64,000 nucleotides of DNA from NCBI GenBank assembly GCA_047974845.1, contig JBKECQ010000041.1, positions 37,314 to 101,313 on the forward strand. Reading direction: 5' to 3'. This DNA is from Aminipila sp. Its GTDB lineage: Bacteria; Bacillota; Clostridia; Peptostreptococcales; Anaerovoracaceae. Shown in pieces: positions 27,103 through 36,210 of the stretch; the stretch's first letter is position 1; each line of letters opens with the position of its first letter. A program made the position numbers and the translations under genes. Under the pieces are notes generated by a model. That model saw nothing but the letters and a program-made list of their open reading frames with translations, did not search any database and was not told the origin of the DNA.

Positions 27103-28995
27103 ATGGGATTTTTACCTATAACAAAACAAGAATGTGAAGCAAAGGGTTGGACTCAGCCAGACTTTGTTTTAATTACTGGGGATGGCTATATAGACCATCC
27201 CTCTTTTGGCACAGCTATAATAAGTAGATTACTTGAACATTATGGATATAAGGTTGCCATATTGTCACAACCTAATTGGGACAGTAAAAAAGATTTTATG
27301 AAATTTGGGAAGCCAAGATTAGGGTTCCTTATTAATGCTGGAAATGTAGATTCAATGGTAAATCATTATTCAGTATTTAAACACAAGAGAAGGTCCGATG
27401 CATACTCTCCGGGGGGAGAGGCTGGCAAAAGGCCAAATCGTGCGGTCATTGTATACAGTAACAGGGCTAGAGAGGCTTATAAAGACGTTCCTATAATAAT
27501 AGGAGGTATAGAAGCAAGTTTAAGGCGCCTTGGACATTATGACTATTGGGAAGATAAAGTTAGACGATCTATATTATTAGATGCAAAAGCCGATATTTTA
27601 ATATATGGCATGGGAGAACGTGCTATATTAGAGATAGCGGAAGCCCTTGATTCAGGAATAGAGGGTAAGGATGTAGGCTGGATAAAGGGAACCTGTGTAA
27701 AATCAAAGGAAATTTATTGGGATGACGAAACTATAAGCTTACCGGATTTTAATGATATTACTAAATCAAAAAAATCATATGCGGAAAGTTTTGCTATCCA
27801 ATACAAAAACAATGATTTCATAACAGCCAAAAGATTGGTTGAAAAGTATGAAGAAGGTTTATTTGTAGTGCAAAATCCACCGCAAGAACCTCTTAATACT
27901 GAGGAATTGGATCAAATATATGAATTGCCGTATGAAGGGACATATCACCCATCATACGAACAAATGGGTGGAATACCGGCAATTAAAGAGGTGGAGTTTA
28001 GCATTATAAGCAGTAGAGGCTGTTTTGGGGGATGTGCATTTTGCGCATTGACATTTCATCAAGGTCGACAGGTGAGAGGCAGAAGCAAAGACTCTATTGT
28101 ACGAGAAGGGAAGAGACTAACTCAACTTCCTAAATTCAAGGGATATATTCATGATGTTGGAGGTCCAACTGCAAACTTTAGAGGACCTGCGTGTAAAAAA
28201 CAGGTTACAAAGGGTGTATGCACAAATAAAGACTGTTTGTATCCCAGCCCTTGTAATCAGATGATAGTAGACCATTCTGAATATTTACAGGTTCTAAGAG
28301 AGCTAAGAGAGCTTGAAGGAATTAAAAAAGTCTTTATTCGTTCAGGCATCAGGTTTGATTATGTTATGGCGGATAAGAATGAAGACTTCCTAAAAGAGCT
28401 TTGCAAACATCATGTAAGTGGTGTTTTAAAAGTTGCACCGGAGCATATTTCAGATACGGTTTTATCCTGTATGCATAAGCCTGAAAAGAAAGTATTTGAG
28501 GAATTTAGTAAGAAATATAAAAGGATTAATGAACAACTTGGGTTAAAGCAATATCTAATTCCTTATCTGATTTCCTCACATCCCGGTAGCAGACTGGAAG
28601 ATGCTGTGGAATTAGCCGAATTTTTAAGTGACAATGGGTTTATTCCGGATCAGGTTCAGGATTTTTATCCTACTCCGGGCACATTGGCTACTTGTATGTA
28701 TTATACGGAAATGAATCCTTTAACCATGGAAAATGTTTATGTGCCAAAGACTATGGAAGAGAAAAAAATGCAAAGAGCGTTAATACATTTTAATAAACCG
28801 GAGAATCATAATTTGGTGAAGGCGGCTCTTTATAAAGTTGGAAGGCAGGATTTAATACCTAAGCTTATTAGAAACAATAAACAAAGTAGAAATAACAATG
28901 TACAAGATAGAAATAACAATGTACAAAGTAGAAATAACAATGTACAAAGTAATAATGTCCATAATCATAAACGAAAGCAAGGCAAAAGGAGATAG
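27103..28995 (+). CDS. ygiQ: YgiQ family (UPF0313) radical SAM protein
   Basis: A YgiQ-type N-terminus (LPIT..E....GW...DFVLITGD.YIDHPSFG.AII.R.LE), the radical-SAM cluster CFGGCAFC, and a basic repetitive C-terminal tail. Confidence 0.9.
   Translation: MGFLPITKQECEAKGWTQPDFVLITGDGYIDHPSFGTAIISRLLEHYGYKVAILSQPNWDSKKDFMKFGKPRLGFLINAGNVDSMVNHYSVFKHKRRSDAYSPGGEAGKRPNRAVIVYSNRAREAYKDVPIIIGGIEASLRRLGHYDYWEDKVRRSILLDAKADILIYGMGERAILEIAEALDSGIEGKDVGWIKGTCVKSKEIYWDDETISLPDFNDITKSKKSYAESFAIQYKNNDFITAKRLVEKYEEGLFVVQNPPQEPLNTEELDQIYELPYEGTYHPSYEQMGGIPAIKEVEFSIISSRGCFGGCAFCALTFHQGRQVRGRSKDSIVREGKRLTQLPKFKGYIHDVGGPTANFRGPACKKQVTKGVCTNKDCLYPSPCNQMIVDHSEYLQVLRELRELEGIKKVFIRSGIRFDYVMADKNEDFLKELCKHHVSGVLKVAPEHISDTVLSCMHKPEKKVFEEFSKKYKRINEQLGLKQYLIPYLISSHPGSRLEDAVELAEFLSDNGFIPDQVQDFYPTPGTLATCMYYTEMNPLTMENVYVPKTMEEKKMQRALIHFNKPENHNLVKAALYKVGRQDLIPKLIRNNKQSRNNNVQDRNNNVQSRNNNVQSNNVHNHKRKQGKRR
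28885..28947 (+). repeat. 3 x 21-bp in-frame tandem repeat (S/D-RNNNVQ) in the YgiQ C-terminal tail
   Basis: AGTAGAAATAACAATGTACAA is repeated three times, with a 1-2 nt difference in the middle unit. Confidence 0.9.
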
Positions 28996-28998
28996 GCA

Positions 28999-30342
28999 AT
29001 GGGCTTGATATATAAGCTTGCAGATATAGTCGATGAGTGCAAACAAGAATATGAAAAACTTGCAATGTTATTAGATGAAAATAGCGATGAAAAGCATGGA
29101 TTTAATGTTATAGAAAGTTATTCTAGTTCAATAGAAAACGGAAATCTATTGGCTGAGGGTAATAATCTTGAATTTATGCTTTATCTTTTGTCTGAAAAAA
29201 ACATGAAAGGTAAGATAAAACTAATTTATGTTGACCCACCATTTTTTTCAAAGGCAGATTATAATTCGCAAGTAAAAATCAGCACCAAATGTTTTGAAAA
29301 GAATATTAATATTAGGCAAACGGTCTATACCGATAGCTGGAAGGACGGAATTGAATCATATTTGAGGATGATAGGCATAAGATTATATGTTATGCGAGAA
29401 CTCCTTGCTGAGGACGGATGCATTTGGATGCATCTGGATTGGCACGCCGCCCACTATGTAAAAATAATAATGGATGAGGTTTTTGGCTCCGAGAATTTTA
29501 TAAATGAGGTTATTTGGAACTATAAATCAGGAGGTTCAGGGCAAAGAAGGTTTGCAAGAAAACATGATACTCTGCTTTTTTATGGAAAAACAAATAAGTA
29601 TTTTTTTGAGGTTCAGAAGGAAAAGTCGTATAATAGAGGCATGAAACCATATAGATTTAAAGGTGTAGAGGAATTCCAAGATGAAGTGGGCTGGTACACC
29701 TTAGTTAATATGAAGGATGTATGGCAAATGGACATGGTTGGAAGAACCTCTGCCGAAAGAACTGGTTATGCCACACAAAAACCGGAGGCTTTACTTGAAA
29801 GGATATTAAAAAGTTGCACTAAGGAAGGCGATTTGTGTGCCGACTTCTTCGGAGGGTCAGGGACATTAGCTGTGACAGCAAACAAAATGAAGCGTAACTG
29901 GATTACCTCTGATATAGGTAAGATGTCCATAGCAAGTATTAGAAAACGGTTGATTAGGAATGAGGCTAATTTTTCTGTGATTTCAAATTGTAATCATTCA
30001 CAAGAAATATGCAGAGTTCATGCAAGTTGTGAAAAAAAACATGGCGACATATATTTGATTACACTACATAATTATAATCTGGATGAAGAGTCCATGAACC
30101 TTGCAAATGAAGAAGAATATAAAAATATTAAATTGATACTGGAAAAAGATAGTTTAAGCTTAATTGATTATTGGAGCTTAGATTTTAATTTTGATGGAAT
30201 TAATCATAGACCACAGATTATACATTTAAGAGAAAAAGGTACTATAGAAATGCAAGGTGAGCTTACTAGTCAAACAGGAGTAATAAGTATGCTTTGCGTT
30301 GATGTCCTTGGCAACACGTCAAAGAAACTTTTTTATGTATAA
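28999..30342 (+). CDS. Orphan beta-class (N6_N4_Mtase, Type III Mod-like) DNA methyltransferase with an extra roughly 125-aa C-terminal domain
   Basis: Motif IV IYVDPPFFS comes before TQKPEALLERILK and motif I FFGGSGT, and the FGSENFINEVIWNYK block is present. An RBS AAGGAG lies 9 nt upstream, and the start is 3 nt after the ygiQ stop. No nuclease gene is adjacent. Confidence 0.85.
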   Translation: MGLIYKLADIVDECKQEYEKLAMLLDENSDEKHGFNVIESYSSSIENGNLLAEGNNLEFMLYLLSEKNMKGKIKLIYVDPPFFSKADYNSQVKISTKCFEKNINIRQTVYTDSWKDGIESYLRMIGIRLYVMRELLAEDGCIWMHLDWHAAHYVKIIMDEVFGSENFINEVIWNYKSGGSGQRRFARKHDTLLFYGKTNKYFFEVQKEKSYNRGMKPYRFKGVEEFQDEVGWYTLVNMKDVWQMDMVGRTSAERTGYATQKPEALLERILKSCTKEGDLCADFFGGSGTLAVTANKMKRNWITSDIGKMSIASIRKRLIRNEANFSVISNCNHSQEICRVHASCEKKHGDIYLITLHNYNLDEESMNLANEEEYKNIKLILEKDSLSLIDYWSLDFNFDGINHRPQIIHLREKGTIEMQGELTSQTGVISMLCVDVLGNTSKKLFYV

Positions 30343-30403
30343 AAATGTTTTTATATTTAAATAGGATTTTAGTTTGTATTTAATATAGATAGGAGGATGT
30401 AAC

Positions 30404-31291
30404 ATGAAAAAACTTACCGATGAACAAATCAAATCATTTGCTGTAGACTTTATATTAGTATTGATTGCTTGCTGTATCGGTGCTTTTGCCACTGTATCCA
30501 TTATGATTCCAAATGGTCTTTCCAGTGGAGGTCTTACAGGTGTTATAAGAATACTACAGAACTATTTGCCTTTTGGATTTTCTGTTATGTATTATATTGG
30601 AGCGATTTTAATTCTAATAGTCTGTACAATAACGCTTGGGGTGAAAGAAGCAAAAAAGATTGTCTTGATGTCTATTTTGTATCCTACAGTTATGGTAGTT
30701 TTTGAACATTTAAATTTTCAATTATTAGAGGAAAAAGATATTATATTAGCTGCCATATATTGCGGTGTATTTTCAGGGGCTTGTAGTGGAATAGCATTTT
30801 CAAGAGGATATTCGTCAGGAGGCTCTGATACAGTAGCTAAGATAATTCAAAAAAAGCTTTTGCCACATATGAGTTTAAGTAAGCTATTGATGACAATTGA
30901 TGCGGCAGTAATAATCACATCGGGTTTTGTTTTTGGAAGGAATATAGCTTTATATGCACTTATTACTACAGTTATTATTTCTAAAACAATAGATTTAATA
31001 TTGTTTGGTTTGGCCACTAAAATTGTTCAAGTAGAAATAATTACAGAAAATCAGGCGGAAATTACTGATTACATCATGAATGATATGGAAAGAGGCGTAT
31101 CTATAGAAACTATTGTGGGTGCTTACTCCGGGAGAGAAAAAAGTAAATTATTGGTTTTATGTTCTCCAAGAGAGGGGCTGCTAATAAGGCAACATATTGC
31201 TAAAACCGATCCCAGTGCATTGATAACTGTAATCCATGTAGACTCAGTGTGGGGAAATGGTAATGGATTTAATGATATAGATAAAGAATAA
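30404..31291 (+). CDS. YitT family membrane protein (DUF2179 C-terminal domain)
   Basis: Five or six TMs with the GG.TG motif (GLSSGGLTGV) and a C-terminal soluble DUF2179-like domain. Confidence 0.8.
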   Translation: MKKLTDEQIKSFAVDFILVLIACCIGAFATVSIMIPNGLSSGGLTGVIRILQNYLPFGFSVMYYIGAILILIVCTITLGVKEAKKIVLMSILYPTVMVVFEHLNFQLLEEKDIILAAIYCGVFSGACSGIAFSRGYSSGGSDTVAKIIQKKLLPHMSLSKLLMTIDAAVIITSGFVFGRNIALYALITTVIISKTIDLILFGLATKIVQVEIITENQAEITDYIMNDMERGVSIETIVGAYSGREKSKLLVLCSPREGLLIRQHIAKTDPSALITVIHVDSVWGNGNGFNDIDKE

Positions 31292-31326
31292 TATTTTGAA
31301 ATTAAAAGGTATTGCGGAGGTTGAAT

Positions 31327-31968
31327 ATGAAAGCAAGGGTATTAATCACATGGGCTGTGTTACTAACTTTAACCTTTAGTTTTACTGCTTGTGGGGATCC
31401 TGGTACAAAGAGTTCTGCAAAAAAGATAAATGCGGCACTGGAAAAAAGCATTGAAATCAAAAGTGGTAGCATTGAAACAAATATATTAGAGGGGAGCTAT
31501 TATCCCAAAGACGCACCTAACAAAATTGTATCGGATTTTGAAAATCTAAACTCTAAAAAGGAGAAGGATGAAAGAAACATTGAATTTGATGTGACTTTTT
31601 ATTATTCCGATAGAGAAAAAGAGGTAAGCAATAGAACTAATTATGAAGGCCTATATTTAAATGTTTACTATCCATATGAGAGATATAATAAGATAAATGT
31701 TGATAGAGTGGAAAAGATAGTTTCTGAAAAAAATGAAAATGGCACTACATATTATGTATATTATAATGGAAGTCATTTATCACGGAGAGAAGAATGGGCA
31801 GATTGTAAAGTAATTAAAGACTTTGAATACTTTTTTATTGATAAAGAGGGTATTATTACTGCGTATACCAGTGAAACCAGTTACAGGATTCAAGATAAGG
31901 ATTCCCAAAAGTGGTCAGATGGTAAGAGCCGACTATCTGTCAAGCTTGAAAACTATGAAATATACTAA
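31327..31968 (+). CDS. Lipoprotein of unknown function
   Basis: Lipobox SFTAC-G after a hydrophobic signal, and an RBS GGAGG before the ATG at 31327. No family recognised. Confidence 0.65.
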   Translation: MKARVLITWAVLLTLTFSFTACGDPGTKSSAKKINAALEKSIEIKSGSIETNILEGSYYPKDAPNKIVSDFENLNSKKEKDERNIEFDVTFYYSDREKEVSNRTNYEGLYLNVYYPYERYNKINVDRVEKIVSEKNENGTTYYVYYNGSHLSRREEWADCKVIKDFEYFFIDKEGIITAYTSETSYRIQDKDSQKWSDGKSRLSVKLENYEIY

Positions 31969-31980
31969 TTGGAGGCGAAC

Positions 31981-33738
31981 ATGAATGAAGATGTTCTAAC
32001 GAGGAAAACAGGATATTTAATAAAGAGGTTTATTCCGTATTTTAGTAAATATAAATGGATTTTAGTATTAGATTTATTTTGTGCAACGCTAACTACATTA
32101 TGTGATTTGGTATTGCCTTTGATTGTAAGATATATTACAGATAAGGGTATGAATGATATTGAGTCATTAACCTTACAAATTATTTTAAGTTTAGGTGCGG
32201 TATATCTGGTTCTAAGATTTATAGATGTAATTGCTAATTATTATATGGCAAATATTGGTCATGTTATGGGGGCTAAGATTGAAACCGATATGCGTAAAGA
32301 TTTATTTTCGCATATGCAAGAACTTTCCTATTCATATTATAGCAATACGAAGATAGGTCAGCTAATGGCTAGAATTACAAGCGATTTATTTGATATTACA
32401 GAGTTTGCACATCACTGCCCGGAAGAATATTTTATTGCAGGTCTTAAAATTATTGTTTCCTTTGCAATTTTATGTTCGGTAGATGTGTGGCTAACAATAA
32501 TTATTTTTGCCATTTTGCCAATTATGATATTCTGTTCTATGCAATTTAACCAAAAAATGAAAAAAGCTTTTAAGAAACAGAGAAATCAGGTTGGAGAAAT
32601 AAATGCACAAGTTGAAGACAGTTTGTTAGGAATCAGAGTATCAAAATCATTTGCCAATGAAGAGCTAGAAAAAGAAAAATTTGAAGAGGGAAATAATAAA
32701 TTTTTAGATGTAAAAAAAGAATCATATAAATATATGGCGGGATTCCAAGGAACAGTTAGACTGTTTGATGGAATCATGTATATTGCAGTTGTTGTAATCG
32801 GATCTATTTTTATGATTAACGGTAAAATACAACCGGCAGATTTAGTGGCATATCTTCTTTATGTGGTTATGCTTTTAAATTCAGTTAGAAGAATTGTTGA
32901 ATTTACAGAACAATTTCAAAGGGGTATGACCGGAATAGAGAGATTTATAGAAGTAATGGATGAACCTATTGAAATTGATGATTTGCCTGATGCCATTGAT
33001 CTTCCTTCCGTAAAGGGAAATATTCAATTTGAGGATGTAAGCTTCAAGTACTTTGACAGTGACAATATATTGAATAACATAAACATTTCAATAAAAGCAG
33101 GAGAAAATGTGGCTCTTGTGGGTCCCTCTGGAGCGGGGAAAACAACACTGTGCAATCTACTTCCAAGATTTTATGACGTGAATAAGGGAAAGATTTTAAT
33201 AGATGGATTTGACATAAAAAAAGTGACAATCCAATCCTTAAGGACACAAATTGGTATAGTTCAACAGGATGTTTATTTATTTTCGGGAACTGTATATGAA
33301 AATATTGAATATGGCAAACCCGGGGCTACAAAAAAAGAAATTGAAGAAGCGGCTAAACTTGCAGGCGCTCACGAGTTTATATCTAAGCTACAAGAGGGGT
33401 ATAATACCTATGTGGGAGAACATGGTGTTAAGCTTTCAGGTGGGCAGAAGCAGAGAATCAGTATAGCAAGAGTATTCTTAAAGAATCCACCCATATTAAT
33501 TTTAGATGAAGCCACATCTGCACTAGATAATGAAAGTGAGCAAATCGTGCAAGAATCGTTATCAAAGCTTGCTAAGGGCAGAACAACTCTTACTATTGCA
33601 CACAGACTGACAACCATAAAAAATGCGGATAAAATTGTGGTACTCACTGATAACGGTATAGAGGAAAGTGGAAGCCATCAAGAACTGATTGATAGAAATG
33701 GAATTTATGCTAAGCTGTATAGTATGTATAAAAAGTAG
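31981..33738 (+). CDS. ABC exporter, fused permease/ATPase (MsbA/multidrug type)
   Basis: Six N-terminal TMs, Walker A GPSGAGKTT, signature LSGGQKQR and Walker B ILILDEATSALD. The ATG at 31981 follows an RBS GGAGG. Confidence 0.9.
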   Translation: MNEDVLTRKTGYLIKRFIPYFSKYKWILVLDLFCATLTTLCDLVLPLIVRYITDKGMNDIESLTLQIILSLGAVYLVLRFIDVIANYYMANIGHVMGAKIETDMRKDLFSHMQELSYSYYSNTKIGQLMARITSDLFDITEFAHHCPEEYFIAGLKIIVSFAILCSVDVWLTIIIFAILPIMIFCSMQFNQKMKKAFKKQRNQVGEINAQVEDSLLGIRVSKSFANEELEKEKFEEGNNKFLDVKKESYKYMAGFQGTVRLFDGIMYIAVVVIGSIFMINGKIQPADLVAYLLYVVMLLNSVRRIVEFTEQFQRGMTGIERFIEVMDEPIEIDDLPDAIDLPSVKGNIQFEDVSFKYFDSDNILNNINISIKAGENVALVGPSGAGKTTLCNLLPRFYDVNKGKILIDGFDIKKVTIQSLRTQIGIVQQDVYLFSGTVYENIEYGKPGATKKEIEEAAKLAGAHEFISKLQEGYNTYVGEHGVKLSGGQKQRISIARVFLKNPPILILDEATSALDNESEQIVQESLSKLAKGRTTLTIAHRLTTIKNADKIVVLTDNGIEESGSHQELIDRNGIYAKLYSMYKK

Positions 33739-33787
33739 CAGGACATAATAATATCAGATAGAAGTAACTTTACGGAGGATTAAATCT

Positions 33788-34246
33788 ATGTATGATATTA
33801 TGATTGATACAAGCTTTTTATGTAAAGCAGCAGGGATATATGGGTTGATTAATGAAAAGAAATTTTTAGGTAGGGGAGTTTCATATAGTGCAACCTATGA
33901 CGGAATTCTTTATACCGATAAATTTGCAGCTGTGGTTGGAAGTGGAAAAACTGCTCTTAAGGAAGCGGCTCTTTTATCTGATTATTGTAAAAGGGTGTAT
34001 ATAATAAATGAGCAAAAAAGCTCTAAAGAACAAAGTCTTTTAATAAGAGAATTAGAGAAAAAGAGAAATATTGAATTTATATTTAATGCAACTATTGCTA
34101 AACTCGAGGGAGAAGACATACTTGAAAGAGCAATCATAGAAAATAAAGAAGTGGGCTGGTTTAGGAATATTGAAATTTCCAGACTCTTCATAGAATCAGG
34201 GCAGACCAATAGCATAAAAGGTAATGTTAAAGAGGTTGTGGAATAA
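33788..34246 (+). CDS. Thioredoxin-reductase-derived NAD(P)-domain fragment lacking the redox cysteines (possible gene remnant)
   Basis: FLGRGVSYSATYDGILY...AAVVGSGKTALKEAALLS...VYIINE aligns by eye to TrxB GRGVS.CATCDG.FY...VAV.GGGN.A.EEA..L....V.LIHR, with CATC replaced by SATY. No FAD-binding N-terminal domain is present. It has an RBS GGAGG and its own terminator. Confidence 0.6.
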   Translation: MYDIMIDTSFLCKAAGIYGLINEKKFLGRGVSYSATYDGILYTDKFAAVVGSGKTALKEAALLSDYCKRVYIINEQKSSKEQSLLIRELEKKRNIEFIFNATIAKLEGEDILERAIIENKEVGWFRNIEISRLFIESGQTNSIKGNVKEVVE

Positions 34247-34265
34247 TCTACAACTTCTTTTTTTA
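34230..34265 (+). terminator. Intrinsic terminator overlapping the stop of the TrxB-like ORF
   Basis: AAGAGGTTGTGG-aataat-CTACAACTTCTT (two G-U pairs) followed by a T-run. Confidence 0.7.
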
Positions 34266-34322
34266 TATAAATGATAGATTTACATCATAAAAGGTTAATT
34301 ATATTGTGAAAGGATGTGAAGT

Positions 34323-34856
34323 ATGAAAGTAAGTGAAGAAAATTTTGTAGTGCAAATGCAAGCTCATAATGAGGAAGCACTTCAGTATATAATAAAGAAC
34401 TATGGTTGGGTTATAAAAACCGTGGTAACGAAGCATCTAAGACGATTGCCTTGGTATCAAGAAGAATGTATGAATGATGTTCTACTGGCAGCATGGAACA
34501 ATGTGGATAGATTTGATCAAAGAGCAGGCTCTTTTAAAAACTGGTTGGCAGGAGTGGCAAAATATACAGCCCTTAATTATGTAAGAAAATATAAGCATGA
34601 AATAGAACAAGAGGAATTAAAAGAGAACTCCATGGAAGAGACTGAATACCAAAAATCTCAGATGGAAATGAAAGAAGCCTTTGAGGAACTAATTAGTTGT
34701 TTAAATGAAAGAGACAGGGAATTATTTATTCGATTATATTATAAGGATGAGTCTATGGAAAAAATAAGTGAGATAACAGGAGTAGAAAAATCTGTATTAT
34801 ACAATAGAATATCTCGAGCAAAAAAGACTATTAGGCATAGTTATAACAAGGGTTAA
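34323..34856 (+). CDS. ECF-type sigma-70 family RNA polymerase sigma factor
   Basis: Region 2 (DVLLAAWNNVDRFD...SFKNWLAGVAKYTALNYVRK) and region 4 HTH (SMEKISEITGVEKSVLYNRISRAKKTI). Confidence 0.88.
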   Translation: MKVSEENFVVQMQAHNEEALQYIIKNYGWVIKTVVTKHLRRLPWYQEECMNDVLLAAWNNVDRFDQRAGSFKNWLAGVAKYTALNYVRKYKHEIEQEELKENSMEETEYQKSQMEMKEAFEELISCLNERDRELFIRLYYKDESMEKISEITGVEKSVLYNRISRAKKTIRHSYNKG

Positions 34857-34869
34857 AGGAGCGAAAAGT

Positions 34870-35853
34870 ATGGAAAAAAATATTTACGATTTATTGAATA
34901 ATGCTTATGTGGATTTAGACGATTACAATAAAGAACAGATAACCGATTTAGAAGGTGCAAAAATGATGAAATTTATGAAAGAAAAAATGGGACAAAATAA
35001 TAATACAAGGAAACAGAAAAGAACAAAAACGGCAGTTGCGGCAAGTATTGCGGTATTAATGCTTGTTGGTGGCACTGTTGGCGGAGTTTCTGTTATGGCA
35101 ACAGAGAATCCCACAGCATATAAAATTGCAAATTTTTTAGGAATAGAGAAGAATTTGGACTCATATGAATCCATGATTAATCAATCTGTTACTAAGGATG
35201 GAGTTACATTATCATTAAAAGGTGTTATTATTAATGGTGATGAGCTGGTAGCATCAGTGGTAACAAGTAGTCCAGAGCTAAGCAGTGACAACTTTGAAGC
35301 TCCGGGTGCAGTTGTTTTTATTAATGGAGAAAGAATAAATGGTGGTTCCATGATGCAATTTAAGGTTTTAGATGAGCATACAGGGCATTCAATAATCAGA
35401 GTTCCACTATTAAAGCAATATGAAGGAATTTTGGATGTGAAATTACAGTTATCTACGCCTTTAAAGGAGATGGAACGTTCACCACACTGGGAATTTGAAT
35501 TCCGCACCAGTGGAGATGAGTTAAAAGAAGATACATTTATTCAAGATATTAATGAGACAGTAAGCCTTCCGGATGGAAAAACAATTAAACTAAATAATTT
35601 TCAGTTGAACCGTTTATCTTGTACAATTGATTTTAGTGCAGAAAATGGTTTGGGTGGAAATCAGGTAGAAATATATTCTGTGGATGAAAAGGGCAATGAA
35701 ATAAAATTTGAACTTGATGTTATGACTTCTACAAAGGGTAAACTTGTATTACCAATTGAGTATCATGAAACGGTAGAACAGGCAAAAACACTCAATTGCA
35801 CGGTAGTGCTTAATGGGGAAAAACTGGGTCAGACTTTTATGATTCAAAAATAA
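34870..35853 (+). CDS. Membrane anti-sigma factor-like protein (DUF4179-type)
   Basis: It lies 13 nt downstream of the sigma gene. It has a short cytoplasmic N-terminus, a single TM (AVAASIAVLMLVGGTVGGV) and a beta-rich extracytoplasmic domain. Confidence 0.7.
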   Translation: MEKNIYDLLNNAYVDLDDYNKEQITDLEGAKMMKFMKEKMGQNNNTRKQKRTKTAVAASIAVLMLVGGTVGGVSVMATENPTAYKIANFLGIEKNLDSYESMINQSVTKDGVTLSLKGVIINGDELVASVVTSSPELSSDNFEAPGAVVFINGERINGGSMMQFKVLDEHTGHSIIRVPLLKQYEGILDVKLQLSTPLKEMERSPHWEFEFRTSGDELKEDTFIQDINETVSLPDGKTIKLNNFQLNRLSCTIDFSAENGLGGNQVEIYSVDEKGNEIKFELDVMTSTKGKLVLPIEYHETVEQAKTLNCTVVLNGEKLGQTFMIQK

Positions 35854-35879
35854 TAACTTTACCTTTAATTAAAAAAATA

Positions 35880-35908
35880 TTGATAAATCAATAATTATGT
35901 GATACAAT
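35880..35908 (+). promoter_or_regulatory. Strong sigma-A-type promoter (TTGATA-17 nt-TGaTACAAT) of the spe leader
   Basis: -35 at 35880-35885, a 17-nt spacer containing an extended -10 TG at 35900-35901, and -10 TACAAT at 35903-35908. Confidence 0.7.
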
Positions 35909-35914
35909 TCAGTT

Positions 35915-36210
35915 CAAGTTTAACATAACTTACTGACCATCTTATTAAGATTGAGGCCATACGGACAGCCGGGTCAACCGCCGATTGCAACTCAGAAGAA
36001 CTATTGATTGAGTTAATGTATTAATTTTATAAGTTGGTTGCTTTATAACCGAGAGTGCTTTGCACAAAACTTGTGAAACGGTCAATAAGAGTAGTAAAAG
36101 TAGGTTGTTTACTGTATAGACTCTACAAACTGGAGCTAATACTAACATATAATGATAAATGTTTTTATTAAAACCCCAAGTTTTTTGCATTGCAAAACTT
36201 GGGGTTTTTT
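35915..36210 (+). ncRNA. Unclassified structured leader / candidate riboswitch-attenuator upstream of speA-speE-speB
   Basis: About 300 nt lie between the promoter and an intrinsic terminator that ends 82 nt before the speA ATG. An internal copy of the terminator 3' arm (36059-36074) could form an antiterminator. No T-box sequence is present. Confidence 0.5.
36170..36210 (+). terminator. Intrinsic terminator inside the spe leader
   Basis: CCCCAAGTTTT (36174-36184) pairs with AAAACTTGGGG (36194-36204), followed by TTTTTT. Confidence 0.85.

Noticed and set aside
28852-29065. Listed - strand ORFs across the ygiQ tail repeat and MTase start
   Set aside because: These are repeat-driven antisense artefacts.
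28999-30342. Complete restriction-modification system
   Set aside because: No restriction endonuclease, res helicase-nuclease or specificity subunit is adjacent on either side. I treated it as an orphan MTase instead.
35948-36140. Possible lysine (L-box) or guanidine (ykkC) riboswitch in the spe leader
   Set aside because: Isolated resemblances exist (TGAGGCC, GCCGA, ACTGTA..., CAAACTGGAGCTA; CCGAGAG, ACGG...GCCGGG). However, the conserved blocks are in the wrong order or spacing and the cores are imperfect. I cannot support either class without a covariance-model scan.
35945-36190. Listed 81-aa ORF on the - strand inside the spe leader
   Set aside because: It has no RBS, runs antisense through the terminator and the structured leader, and its composition is low-complexity (LLLLLL run). 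It is best explained as a chance ORF.
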